From Bacteroidia bacterium (GTDB lineage Bacteria; Bacteroidota; Bacteroidia; NS11-12g; UBA9320): a DNA stretch of 64,000 nucleotides. The stretch spans positions 925 to 64,924 of the forward strand of contig JAGVMN010000004.1 in NCBI GenBank assembly GCA_020053795.1, read 5' to 3'. Of the stretch, positions 18,994-30,300 are shown in pieces (within the stretch, counting starts at the first letter, position 1; every line of letters starts with the position of its first letter). Position numbers and translations under genes: made by a program. The notes under the pieces were generated by a model that searched no databases, was not told the DNA's origin, and worked only from the letters and a program-made list of their open reading frames with translations.

Positions 18994-19782
18994 CTACCTC
19001 TCCCAACTCTCCGCAATCTCATCTGCCGTCTTCCCAACCAGATTTTTACTCAGCAGGAGTTTAGCATTCTGCCCCATGGGATTGTCAGGAAATTCTTTGG
19101 CAACCCGCTTGTAATATTCGAGAGCTTTTTCGTTATTACCCAATTCGTTTTCATAGAGGAAAGCAGTTGTAAAAAGGGCGTTTGGTGCTTTGGCATCTTT
19201 GGGGAATTTATCTGCAATTTTAAGATATTCGATGATAGCCCCTTCGAAAGCACCCGCTCCTGATAAAGCACCTGCCGCTTTGAACCAATAAGTCGGGGAA
19301 CTCAAACTATCGTTAGCCTTATCGCCCAGAGTTGAATAGACCGCTGCCAAATCAACCTGATCGGCCACCGACAATTCTCCTTTTTCAGAAAAGAGATCGT
19401 AATAAATCAGGGCAGAATCCGGTTGGTTCAAACCCCTTCCGAAGGTCCTTGCCACATTGACAACCGTTGGTTGCCATTCCTTTCCATTGGCGTAGCGACT
19501 CAAATATTTTTTGCTCAAATCAAGGGAGCTTTCATAGTCCTCCATCAGGTAGGAATAAATGGCGGCTTTGTGCAAATACAAAGGACTCTTTGGGTCCTCC
19601 GGGTAGGCCTCTGCAAATTCCGCAAACTTGCCGGCCAACTCTTTCATGCCGGCAGGACTGGCACTGGTATCCTGACTTTCCAGCTTTTGAATTTCACTTA
19701 AAAGTTTGTCTTTTTTGTTTTGGCAACTCGCTGCCAAAACCAGCATGGATAAAATCAATATCCCCGTTTGAATTCTTTTCAT
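18994..19782 (-). CDS. TPR-repeat lipoprotein (BamD/YbgF-like)
   Basis: Lipobox LAASC; repeats AYPEDPKSP..L and KFPKDAKAPNALF. The likely start is MKRIQ at 19782. Confidence 0.8.
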   Translation of the reverse strand: MKRIQTGILILSMLVLAASCQNKKDKLLSEIQKLESQDTSASPAGMKELAGKFAEFAEAYPEDPKSPLYLHKAAIYSYLMEDYESSLDLSKKYLSRYANGKEWQPTVVNVARTFGRGLNQPDSALIYYDLFSEKGELSVADQVDLAAVYSTLGDKANDSLSSPTYWFKAAGALSGAGAFEGAIIEYLKIADKFPKDAKAPNALFTTAFLYENELGNNEKALEYYKRVAKEFPDNPMGQNAKLLLSKNLVGKTADEIAESWER

Positions 19783-19784
19783 TC

Positions 19785-20192
19785 TCAATATTGCCCGATT
19801 GATAACATGACCAAGGTACAAGCCTCTATAGGTTGAATGTGGTTTTTTTCTAGAACGGTGTAAAAATCTTCATTTTCGGCACCGGGATTAAAGATCACCC
19901 TTCTGGGTTTCAGCGATATGATGTAATCGTAATACTCTTTCTGATGTTCCGGATTAAGGTACATGGTCACTGTGTCAATTTCTTCGCTCATCACCGGTGT
20001 CGCGTTGATGACATAACCTGCCACTGTGCCTTCGCGTTTTGCGACCAGTACAATATCTTCTCCGGCCTCGAGCAGCCTGTGTGCGGCAATATTCGAATAC
20101 CGTGCAGGTTTGGTACTGGCACCTAAGATCAGGGTTTTGTTCTTAGTATGCCTTTCCAGTGTAGTTGTTTGGTGTGAGTTTTTTAAGTTCAT
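19785..20192 (-). CDS. CoA-binding protein (YccU-like)
   Basis: TLILGASTKPARYS, DTVTMYL, RVIFNPGAEN and EACTLVML motifs. The start codon is uncertain (overlaps the end of purB). Confidence 0.88.
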   Translation of the reverse strand: MNLKNSHQTTTLERHTKNKTLILGASTKPARYSNIAAHRLLEAGEDIVLVAKREGTVAGYVINATPVMSEEIDTVTMYLNPEHQKEYYDYIISLKPRRVIFNPGAENEDFYTVLEKNHIQPIEACTLVMLSIGQY

Positions 20193-21495
20193 CTTTCACT
20201 TGATCATTTATTTTGAGTGTATTGATAAAGTCGTGAAGTGTTTCTTTTGTTATCGTTTGGTTGGTGCGTGTCAGTTGTTTCAAGGCCTCGTAAGGTTTGT
20301 CATAGTTCTCACGCCGCAGAATGGTTTGAATGGCCTCGGCCAAAACGGCCCAGTTGGCGTCCAGATCTTCGTCTATTTTAGAAGAGTTCAGCATCAATCG
20401 GGACAGACCTTTTGTAATACTTTTCAGGGCAATAATTGTGTGAGACATCGGAACCCCTAAATTTCTCAATACGGTTGAATCGGTTAGATCTCTTTGCAAT
20501 CTTGAGACAGGAAGTTTGCCCGACATAAATTCAAAAATGGCATTGGCCATTCCTAGGTTTCCTTCGGCATTTTCAAAATCAATTGGGTTCACTTTATGCG
20601 GCATGGCCGAGGAACCAATTTCGACCGATTTCAACTGCTGTTTGAAATATTCCATTGACACATAACTCCATATATCGCGGCACATATCAACCAAAATATT
20701 GTTGATGCGTTTCATGGCATCCAACTGTGCTGCAAGATAGTCGTAATGTTCTATTTGAGTTGTGGGGAAAGACCTATGAAGTCCGAAGTGAGCAACAAAA
20801 TTATCAGCAAATTTATGCCAGTCGGTTTCGGGGAATGCAACGTAATGAGCATTGAGGTTGCCTGTGGCTCCACCAAATTTTGCCTGATGAGGAATGATTT
20901 TCATTTCCTTAAACTGTGCGATTAGCCTTACTTCAAAGACTTTGAATTCTTTTCCAAGCGTGGTTGGACTTGCCGGTTGACCGTGGGTGCGTGCCAGCAT
21001 ACTAATGTCTTGCCAGGTATCGGCCAGCCGGTTGATTTGAGCAATCAGATTCTCCATTAATGGAAAGTAAATCAGTTCAAGACTGTGTTTCCAACTAAGA
21101 GGAATGCCGGTATTGTTGATGTCCTGAGAGGTTAACCCGAAATGAACCCATTCTCTGAAATTACTCAAACCTTCTTGTTCGAGAATATCTTTTACAAAAT
21201 ATTCGACGGCTTTTACATCGTGATTAGTGACAGACTCAATTTCTTTTATTTTCAAAGCTTCGGAAACGCTGAAAGCGGTGATTCTATTACGCAGCGTTTC
21301 AAATTTGGCCGAGACTATTTTGAGGTCATCTTTTCCAAGGACCTTCTCGCTTAGAAAAATGAAATACTCCACCTCAATCCAAACACGGTATTTCATCAAA
21401 CCAAACTCTGACAGATAGGGTGCCAATTCCTCACATTTGTTCCTGTATCGCCCATCAATAGGGCTAATGGCCGTCAGTTCGCTTAGTTCTATCAT
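20143..21495 (-). CDS. purB: Adenylosuccinate lyase
   Basis: AISPIDGRY, TNHDVKAVEY, ARTHGQPA and GSSAMPHKVNPIDFEN motifs. Confidence 0.98.
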   Translation of the reverse strand: MIELSELTAISPIDGRYRNKCEELAPYLSEFGLMKYRVWIEVEYFIFLSEKVLGKDDLKIVSAKFETLRNRITAFSVSEALKIKEIESVTNHDVKAVEYFVKDILEQEGLSNFREWVHFGLTSQDINNTGIPLSWKHSLELIYFPLMENLIAQINRLADTWQDISMLARTHGQPASPTTLGKEFKVFEVRLIAQFKEMKIIPHQAKFGGATGNLNAHYVAFPETDWHKFADNFVAHFGLHRSFPTTQIEHYDYLAAQLDAMKRINNILVDMCRDIWSYVSMEYFKQQLKSVEIGSSAMPHKVNPIDFENAEGNLGMANAIFEFMSGKLPVSRLQRDLTDSTVLRNLGVPMSHTIIALKSITKGLSRLMLNSSKIDEDLDANWAVLAEAIQTILRRENYDKPYEALKQLTRTNQTITKETLHDFINTLKINDQVKDELKKLTPNNYTGKAY

Positions 21496-21827
21496 TTGTA
21501 GTCGCGAAAATAAATACCTAAAGTACGCTTACGAATGTATGCATCCGTTAACTTGTTCACCACTTTTCATCAAATACCAATAGAGTGAACACTTTGGCGA
21601 AAATTTGGTTTGAATAAAACTTGAATGAGGATGACTTTTTGAATTGACATAAAACAGGTGAAATTGTCTGTTTGTCAAACACACAAATTAAATAAACTGA
21701 TTTACCGAATTAAGTTCATTTTTGAACGATTACGAAATCAGAATGGGCCTCCTCGCGATGTTCTTTGCCTTGCAATTCCTTTTCAGTTAAGGAGTTTTAC
21801 CACATTGCAACTATAAAAAAGTAAAGT

Positions 21828-23579
21828 ATGAAGGGTTTTTTAAAATTGGTTCTTGCCACCATAGTCGGTCAGTTGACCTTGTTTTTCATTTTGGTACTTA
21901 TCGTTTTGAACATGGTCTCTGGATTGAAAAGCGGCAAAGAAAAAACAACGGCTAAGAATTCGGTGTTGTTTTTACAATTTAACACCGTAATACATGATCG
22001 AGCTCCGTCGGATGAAATGGCCCTTTTAAATGAACTGTCAGGTGGGAAGGGGGTACCCATTGGTCTTTATGACCTCACCGGCAAAATTACAGAAGCAGCC
22101 AAGAATCCAAATATCAAAGGAATTTTCATGGATCTGACGGTTGTTGGAGCCGGACATGCCAAGATCGAAGAAATTCGAAATGCCATCATCAAATTCAAAG
22201 AATCTGGCAAATTTGTCTATGCTTATGCCGAGTTTTATTACAATGCTACCTATTATCTGGCCACCGCAGCCGATAAGGTTTTTATGAACCCACAGGGCGA
22301 AATGGTTTTCAATGGTCTTTTGGCAGATGTCACTTTCTATAAAGGAGCTTTGGGAAAATTGGGGGTTGAGGTTCAGGTGATCAAACGGGGTAAATTCAAA
22401 GGAGCGGTTGAGCCTTTTGTAAGAGAAAACCTAAGTCCGGAGAATCGCTCCCAAATCACAGCCAACATCAATTCTATTTTCGACAATATGGTGAAGAACA
22501 TCGCCACATCCAGAAAGAAAACTGAAGATGAAATCCGAGCAGTGGCAAATACTATGATGGTTCGCGGTCCGCTGGATGCAGTAAAATACGGAATGGTTGA
22601 CGCCCTGTATTACAGAGACCAAGTGATTGACGAAATTAAAAAAGCCTCGGGCCTGAAGAAAGATGATAAAATCTGCCTGGTCAAACCATCAGAACTGGAT
22701 GAGGAAGAAGCCAAGGCAGAAAAGAACAAAATTGCTATTGTGTATGCCAGTGGTGATATTGTTTCGGGAGAAGGGCAACCAGGTGAAGTCGGGTCAGAAA
22801 AATTTGCCAAGGTTTTAAGGGATTTAAGAAAAGACAAAAATGTAAAAGCGGTCGTTCTGCGGATAGATTCAAGGGGTGGTAGTGCTTTAGCCTCTGAAGT
22901 TATCTGGCGGGAAACTGTTTTGTTAAAGGCGGCAAAACCATTGATCGTATCTATGAGTGATGTGGCTGCTTCGGGTGGATATTATATTGCCTGTGCGGCA
23001 GATACCATAGTTGTTTCGCCAAATACTATCACCGGGTCTATTGGTGTTTTTGGTTTAATGCCAAACGCACAGAAATTGTTGAATGACAAATTGGGGATCA
23101 CCAGCGACTATGTTGGTACGGGTGAGTTATCAGAATTCGGGCGAATAGACCGGCCTTTGACAGCCGATGAATTTTCTATCATGGACGGCATTGTGGGCAG
23201 GGTTTACGACAATTTCATCAGACGCGTAAGCGATGGCAGGGGCATAGAGGTGGCGATGGTTGATTCAATAGGGCAGGGCAGAGTTTGGACCGGAGAAATG
23301 GCCATTGAGCGGGGTTTGGTGGATGTGGTTGGGGGTTTAGACAAAGCCGTTCAGATAGCAGTTTATTGTTCCAAACTAAAAAAGTATCAGATAGCTGAAT
23401 ATCCAAAAGCCGACAACAAAATTCAGGAAATATTAAACTCATTGAGTGGCTCTAAATCGGCACATGCCATGCTGAAAGCCGAACTTGGAGAAAGCTATGA
23501 AACCTACAATCAAATCAGAAAAGTTTCTCAGATGAACGGCGTACAGGCTTTGATGCCTTATGGTTTTGGGTTTAAATGA
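21828..23579 (+). CDS. sppA: Signal peptide peptidase SppA, long (67K) form
   Basis: Tandem S49 domains with GKFKGAVEP, VLRIDSRGGS, AASGGYYI, TGSIGV and GRVWTG. Confidence 0.95.
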   Translation: MKGFLKLVLATIVGQLTLFFILVLIVLNMVSGLKSGKEKTTAKNSVLFLQFNTVIHDRAPSDEMALLNELSGGKGVPIGLYDLTGKITEAAKNPNIKGIFMDLTVVGAGHAKIEEIRNAIIKFKESGKFVYAYAEFYYNATYYLATAADKVFMNPQGEMVFNGLLADVTFYKGALGKLGVEVQVIKRGKFKGAVEPFVRENLSPENRSQITANINSIFDNMVKNIATSRKKTEDEIRAVANTMMVRGPLDAVKYGMVDALYYRDQVIDEIKKASGLKKDDKICLVKPSELDEEEAKAEKNKIAIVYASGDIVSGEGQPGEVGSEKFAKVLRDLRKDKNVKAVVLRIDSRGGSALASEVIWRETVLLKAAKPLIVSMSDVAASGGYYIACAADTIVVSPNTITGSIGVFGLMPNAQKLLNDKLGITSDYVGTGELSEFGRIDRPLTADEFSIMDGIVGRVYDNFIRRVSDGRGIEVAMVDSIGQGRVWTGEMAIERGLVDVVGGLDKAVQIAVYCSKLKKYQIAEYPKADNKIQEILNSLSGSKSAHAMLKAELGESYETYNQIRKVSQMNGVQALMPYGFGFK

Positions 23580-23860
23580 TGCCTAAGGGTGCGGCCTTAG
23601 AAAGCTACCCAATTTTGAAATACTTGATAAATAAATCCCCGTTTGACTGTTCGTCGTCTTCTCCTCTGGTGAATCCTTTCCGGAAAAAGAAGTGATTGTA
23701 TGAACACTCCTACCCAATAGAAATCGTTTAATAAGAATCATATCGGCACCCTCTGAAGCCCCAAGCCCCGAACTATTATAATTTACTCATGGATTAATGT
23801 AACCAGAAATTAAGCACAATTCTGACCATTAAAATATTAGCATTAGGAAATAATTCGTTC

Positions 23861-26308
23861 TTAAATCAGATTGAATTTTATCCCGAAATTCACGGCACGC
23901 GGCAAGCCCGGTCTCGCACCGGCTGGGTTCCGCGATACGATATAAACCTTGTTTGTAATATTGGTTACTGTGGCGAAGAAATCAATGTTCTGGGTGATGC
24001 GGAATGTGCCGGCCCAATCAATAATGATGGCTTCATCTGTTGAAGTAGAAACAACTAAAGGCCCGCGACCGGCAATGGTTCGCATAGCCCCATTGTAGCG
24101 TACACTTAAGGTTGTCATGAATGTTTTATGTTCGGCATTGATCAATAGGGCCATTTGGTTTTTTGCTATGTATGGCATCTCATCTCCTTTTGTTACAGGA
24201 CCCCACCCCTCAAATTCACTATTGAATGATGTCTGAAAAATGGCATGAGTCAGGGTATAAACCAGTGTGATGGGAAGCTGTATTTTTTTGTTTTTGCCCG
24301 AAATTGGGTCATAAGTGCCCTGAAATTCAATTCCTTTAACGTTTGCCTTTCCTTGATTCAATAGTTCTCCTGATCCGGCCCCACCGGATGCGGCCAAATC
24401 TGCACCAAGTAAATTGGAATAATCAGATAAGAAAAGGACGAGTTTTGTTTCGCGATTGTGATGGGTGTATTTAGCCCCAAACTCATAATTGACACTGTTC
24501 TCAGGTTTGGAGTTTTCGCTGGCACCTGCTGGGGCAAAACCTTTGTGAATACCTGCAAATGAAGTCCATAACCTGTTAAAGGTGTAATGTGCCGAAACGC
24601 CCGGAATAAAGGCTTTGGACCTGTTGTTATCCTCTTTAAGTTTGACGCCTGTTCGCTCTGTATCGGTTTTTTCGTAGTCCTTGTTGACAAGTTTTATATC
24701 TTCATAACGCAAACCGGGTGTAATGCGAATTTTATTGTATTGAAAATGGTATAACACATAGCTGCTAAATGCCTCAGCAGTTGTTATCACATTGCTTTCT
24801 GTGCCGGCTTTCCCAATCTCAGTCAGTTTCATTTGGCTGTTTTGCATGGCATATTTGTCAATCCACTGAAAGCGATCCACGTCATCTCTATGGTATCTGG
24901 CTCCAAACTGAACGTTTTGCTTGATGGCTTTTGTTTTGAATTGATAATTCATTAGGGTTTGTATTCCATTCGACTGATAGTTTCGGTTATTGGCCTTTAA
25001 CTCCAGGGCATTTGAATTGTAAGAGGTGCCACCATTAACGATTCTGAAAGCATCAGCATATTTTTCGGGTGTGATCAGTAATGAAGCGATTGAAATACTT
25101 GTCCCGCTGCTGTCTTTCACTTTATCAAGTTTGTACCAGTTTCGCCCAAAATCAGTGTAATAGGCAGTGGTTGTTATTTGTATCTTTTTAGACAAGGCTA
25201 CAAAATATGAAAGTGTGATCTGATTCTGTTTGGTGAGCATATTATCTTTTTTGCTGGCGGCGTAACGCATCAATGGCGATTGCTCAAAATCGTTTTGACT
25301 CAAACCTAGATAGGTCTCATTAGAATTTTCATTTGATTGCCCCAGTTTCAATGCAATGGATTGATTAATCCTGGCTTTTTCTTTAGACTTCCACTTTAAT
25401 TTCAGTAGGTAATCTGTTTTTATAAAACCCGTATTGCCGCCTCCCTGCAAATCTTTGAAGCCGGTGGCACTGTATTGATAGGTTTCAGCTAAAAAGCCAA
25501 ATGGCCCTTTAGTTGAACCAACAAAAGCGTGCATGTTTCGGCTGCCAAAACTGCCCGCTGTAATATTTATTCTGGCTTTTAAATGCTCAGGAATGGAAGT
25601 GGATATAAGATTAATGGCACCGCCTGTGGTGAAAGGGCCATATTGAATTTGGCTGCTGCCTTTCATTATTTCAACAGCCTGCATGCGGCCAATCGTTGGA
25701 AAATAATAGGCCGCAGGAGCGGAATAGGGTGCCGGTGCAATCAAAACACCATCTTCCATCAATGTAATTTTAGAACTTCTTTCACTACCTGTTCCCCGCA
25801 ATCCGATATTTGGTCTCAAACCAAATCCATCTTCTTCCTGTATGTTAACGCCCGGTATGGCACGTAGGGTGCGGTTTATGTCAGTATATGAAAATTTAAC
25901 GAGTTCTTTTGGTGCCACATAAATGGCTGATCCCGGCAGATTTTTTAACCCGTTGATTCCTCCGGTCAGGGAAGCAGAGTTGACGACCGAAGTTGGAAGA
26001 TCGGTTACAATTTCATTAAGGATAATAGAAATTGAAATCTTCTGAGAATATGCTGTGCTCAAGCTTATTTTTTGCGTTTGATAACCCATCGAAGAAACAG
26101 CCAGTACAACTTGATCGGGGGTAATATTGTACAATGTAAAATCACCATTTCTATCTGTAAGTGTTCCAATGGTGGTACCTTCAATGGAAACCAATGCATA
26201 GGGAATGGCTGTGATACTGTCGGATTCGGTAACCCTACCGGTCAGAGTTGTTTGGGCAAAAACGAAATTATTTCCGATGAGCAGAATAATAATAGCGGTG
26301 GCTTTCAT
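23861..26308 (-). CDS. TonB-dependent receptor, FecA-like
   Basis: N-terminal carboxypeptidase-like domain; plug EEDGFGLRPNIGLRG...RSSKITLMEDG..IAPAPY; C-terminal RPGLPR. Confidence 0.93.
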   Translation of the reverse strand: MKATAIIILLIGNNFVFAQTTLTGRVTESDSITAIPYALVSIEGTTIGTLTDRNGDFTLYNITPDQVVLAVSSMGYQTQKISLSTAYSQKISISIILNEIVTDLPTSVVNSASLTGGINGLKNLPGSAIYVAPKELVKFSYTDINRTLRAIPGVNIQEEDGFGLRPNIGLRGTGSERSSKITLMEDGVLIAPAPYSAPAAYYFPTIGRMQAVEIMKGSSQIQYGPFTTGGAINLISTSIPEHLKARINITAGSFGSRNMHAFVGSTKGPFGFLAETYQYSATGFKDLQGGGNTGFIKTDYLLKLKWKSKEKARINQSIALKLGQSNENSNETYLGLSQNDFEQSPLMRYAASKKDNMLTKQNQITLSYFVALSKKIQITTTAYYTDFGRNWYKLDKVKDSSGTSISIASLLITPEKYADAFRIVNGGTSYNSNALELKANNRNYQSNGIQTLMNYQFKTKAIKQNVQFGARYHRDDVDRFQWIDKYAMQNSQMKLTEIGKAGTESNVITTAEAFSSYVLYHFQYNKIRITPGLRYEDIKLVNKDYEKTDTERTGVKLKEDNNRSKAFIPGVSAHYTFNRLWTSFAGIHKGFAPAGASENSKPENSVNYEFGAKYTHHNRETKLVLFLSDYSNLLGADLAASGGAGSGELLNQGKANVKGIEFQGTYDPISGKNKKIQLPITLVYTLTHAIFQTSFNSEFEGWGPVTKGDEMPYIAKNQMALLINAEHKTFMTTLSVRYNGAMRTIAGRGPLVVSTSTDEAIIIDWAGTFRITQNIDFFATVTNITNKVYIVSRNPAGARPGLPRAVNFGIKFNLI

Positions 26309-26314
26309 TGTTTT

Positions 26315-26335
26315 TAATTAGATCAATTCTAAATA
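26315..26335. promoter_or_regulatory. AT-rich palindrome, candidate Fur-type iron box
   Basis: TAATTAGA-TCAAT-TCTAAATA lies between the CACATTTG -7-like box (minus strand, ~26342-26349) and the receptor ATG. Confidence 0.6.
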
Positions 26336-27362
26336 GTGCCGCAAATGTGAAATTACAAATCGTCAAAAACAAGAATAAAAATCAGAAACTGAGAAAAATC
26401 AGTACCGTAAGTTGTCGCTACCGAAGATTAAATCAAATTACTTTTCTAACGATATTCCACCAATGAAGGCGAAACAAATAATGCCACCTGAATTCCCTAT
26501 GGAAGGCACATTGATAATCATCCTTGTTACATGACGAGAAAAAAGTTCTAAAGGGACGACAAATCAACGTCACTTGATATAAAGGTTGTACCTTTTCTAC
26601 CGATCTCAATTCAACAAAGGATTTCGTTCTACTATTTTACCCTCTTAACGGGAATTGGAAAGCATTGACTGAAATCTATTTGAACCGGTATTTTTCATCA
26701 ATTTGGGTTTCTTTGTACTTTATTTTTATCTAACCCCGATTATATGGAAACGCCAATCGCCTTAAGTAAGAGAGACTCATTTTAAAGAGCTTTTTCATGT
26801 TCTTCAACTTATTAAATAGATCATACCGCCAAGAATCCCATATAGACGACACATCATTTTCCGTCTATTCAAGTTATTCCGTTTCCCGATATTTTGGAAG
26901 GCAAAACTTTACCAAACTCAATACGGGCGGATGGATTCTATTGTACTTAACACAAGGATTTTAGGATTCTGAAATAATCCATAGAAAATAAATTGACCAT
27001 TTTGATTTCTTTTATTCTTTTCATTTTGGTAAAAAACCAACCACGAAACGAGCATTAAATAATCATAATATTTTTTTTACAATTCTGTGACTTTTTTGGT
27101 GTTAATTAAAAAATAAAAGGCCCGAACAATTTTATTAATTCAGATCACAACAAATTTCAATTACTTTTCAAACTTAAACGATGAAAATCAGGCGTGTAAA
27201 AATACAATGTCTATTTGTATGCTGAAAAGCAAACTTATACCCTGACAAAATATTGTCTTTTCACCATTGAAACGCATTGAACTATACCAACACAAGTCAA
27301 AGATCGAGTGAATAAAATCAAGCCTGAACCGTTAAATAATAGAAATATTTCTTATACATTCG

Positions 27363-30300
27363 TTGCCGTTAATTAATAGTATTATGAAAAGCACCCTACA
27401 TGTCTTTGCCAAGTTTCTATTATCCCTATCATTTTTTTGCGATTCCTTTTCATCAATTGCCCAGTTAGAAGGTAATTATTGGTATTTTGGACGAAATGCC
27501 GGTATCACTTTCAAGACTGGAACGGCCGTAGCCATTACTGATGGACAAATGACCAACTGGGAAGGTGTTGCCAGTATGAGCAATAAGAAAGGAGAATTGT
27601 TATTTTATACGGATGGGGAATTTGTCTATAACAAGTCTCACAATATTATGACCAATGGTAGTGGATTGAAAGGCGATAATTCAAGTACTCAGTCAGCCAT
27701 TATTGTACAGCAACCAATAAGAGGTTGGCGATATTACATCTTCACCACAGATGCAGGGGAAAGCAATTATGCTGACGGGCTTCAATATTCGATTGTAGAT
27801 ACCAATCAAAGTTCAGGCTATGGGGCAGTTCTCAGCTCTGATAAGAATAGATACCTGATGAAGAGTGGTGAAAAGGTGGCTGCGGTGAAACATGCTAATA
27901 AGGTTGATACCTGGATTGTTACCCAGGAATGGGGTAGCGATAAATTTAACGCCTACTTACTTTCTGCTACGGGATTAAATAACACTCCGGTATCAAGTCC
28001 AATTGCCACACCCATTGGGCCAGGATATCCAAAAAATCAAGTGGGATATGGAAAGGGGTTTCTGAAATTTTCTCCGGATGGTAAAAAAATGGTAAATCCG
28101 GTTGTAGGTAATCAGTCAAGCAATACTGACGGGTACTGGGAACTTTATGATTTTGACAATCTGACCGGCAAATTATCGAATAGGATAGTATTTAACAATA
28201 GCAACAGGCCTGCTTCAGTAGCAAACTATAACGGTATTTATGGAGCCGAATTTTCTTCAAATGGGCGGTTTCTTTATTTATCATGTAGAAATACTGGTGG
28301 TGGAACGAACAACAAAATCTGGCAGTTTGATATGAAAAATCCTAATTTCACAGATATCAATAATAGTGTAGTAGAAATTGCAGCGAGTGGAAGTGGGATT
28401 AACGGCTCTTTTGGTGGTTTGCAGTTGGCCGTTGATGGTAAGATTTATGTAGCGAAATATGGGGCGAATAATTTAGCCATCATTGAGAAGCCAAATTGTA
28501 AAGGTACGGCATCCAATTTTATTAATAATGGGATTGGCTTAGCGGGAAAAACCTCTTATTGGGGTCTGCCCACTTTCATAGCCTCCTTTTTCAGCAAGCC
28601 GGAATTTGAATTTGGCGATTCAACCGGAGCCAAGTCTGGCGTGTGTTTTGGAGATAAGACTCAGTTTTGGTTGGGGGATACCGCTGGGGTAGATTCGGTA
28701 CATTGGATTTTTGGTGATCCGGCTTCGGGGTCCAATAATTTTTCAAGCACCTTTAGACCCGAACATCTTTTTACAAAAGACACTACTTTCTCTGTTCAGG
28801 CAATAATCTTTAGGAAAGGAAGCATACAGAATTGCCTCCTAGATACAGTGAGCCGTTTGGTAACTATTTTCCCCGTGCCTAAATTTAATATAGGCAACGA
28901 CACTACTATATGCGACGGAGAGGATATTTTTATCAACGCCCTTTCCATAAAAGGCTATTACGCCTGGCATGACAATACGAATAACCCAAATTTTACAGGA
29001 ACAAAAAGTGATACCGTTTGGCTTCGGGTAACTTCAGGAGGATGTTCTTCTGCAGATACTTTGATTTTAACTGTAGTGCCATTCCCTACCATAGAACTGG
29101 GCCCGGACACTATAGTTTGTGAAGGAACCCCGGTGAGATTTGAATCAGGTAAGGCAGATAGCTATTTGTGGAGTAATAGTAAAACTGATTCAGCCATTAT
29201 AGTTGTTACTCCGGGGAAATATTGGGTGCGGTCAACAACTTTTCGCTGCGAATCAACAGATACTGTCGAATTAAAAAATTCGAAATATCCAAAGTTTAGT
29301 CTGGGCAATGACACTACACTGTGTACGTCAGATAGTTTGATCTTGAGGGCACTTGTTCCCGGAGCAACGCTCGACTATTTATGGTCAACAACCGAAACAA
29401 GTCCGTTTATTCAGGTGAAAAATCCGGGTGGTACCTATTGGGTGTTGGTTAAAGATACCGTCTGTTCATGGTCTGATACTGCAAAAGTTTCATTTAGTGC
29501 CCCAAAGCCGTTGGATTTAGGAGCCGACAAGAAAGTTTGCAATGGCGATACTGCTTCATTTAATGCTCTGGTTGTGGGTGCCACCAAATACAAGTGGCAT
29601 AATAACACAACACTCCCAACCTTCAAAACCATTACTCAAGGTCAGGTTTTTGTGGATGTATTTGACGGCTTTTGCAATTTAACTGACAGTGCTTTTGTAT
29701 ATGTAACAACCCCACTTGTAGTGAATTTAGGCAACGATACCATTTTGTGTCTTGGTCAACAAGTAGATACCAAGCTGAAATATACTGTTCAACCAAACTA
29801 TGAATACAAATGGAATGGCATACCTAATCAAAAAGACACCATTATTAAAACATCTGGAAACTATTGGATGGATGTTACAGACTTACCCGACAGAGTTTGC
29901 AAAACAACGGATTCTATCAGGGTTACTTTTCAGTCGGCCATTGTGTTTAGCCTTGGTAATGATACAGTGCTTTGTCTCGGGCAACAGATATTTTTGAATG
30001 CCACATCGGTTGGTCCGGTAGTATCTTCAAGATGGCAGGATGGTACAACAGGTTTAAGCCGAAATAACGACCCTGCCATTGTGAAACACTGGCTGGATAT
30101 AGACAATGGCATTTGCAAATCGAGTGATACCATAAACATTTCATACAAAACATTGATGACATTTGATCTGGGACCGAATCAGCAATTGTGCGACAACAAC
30201 ACATTGGGCATAAATATAATAACAACCCCAACTGCTACCTCTTATATTTGGAAAGACATCAATGGTATAGTGGTATCCAATGTTTCGTCATATATCATCA

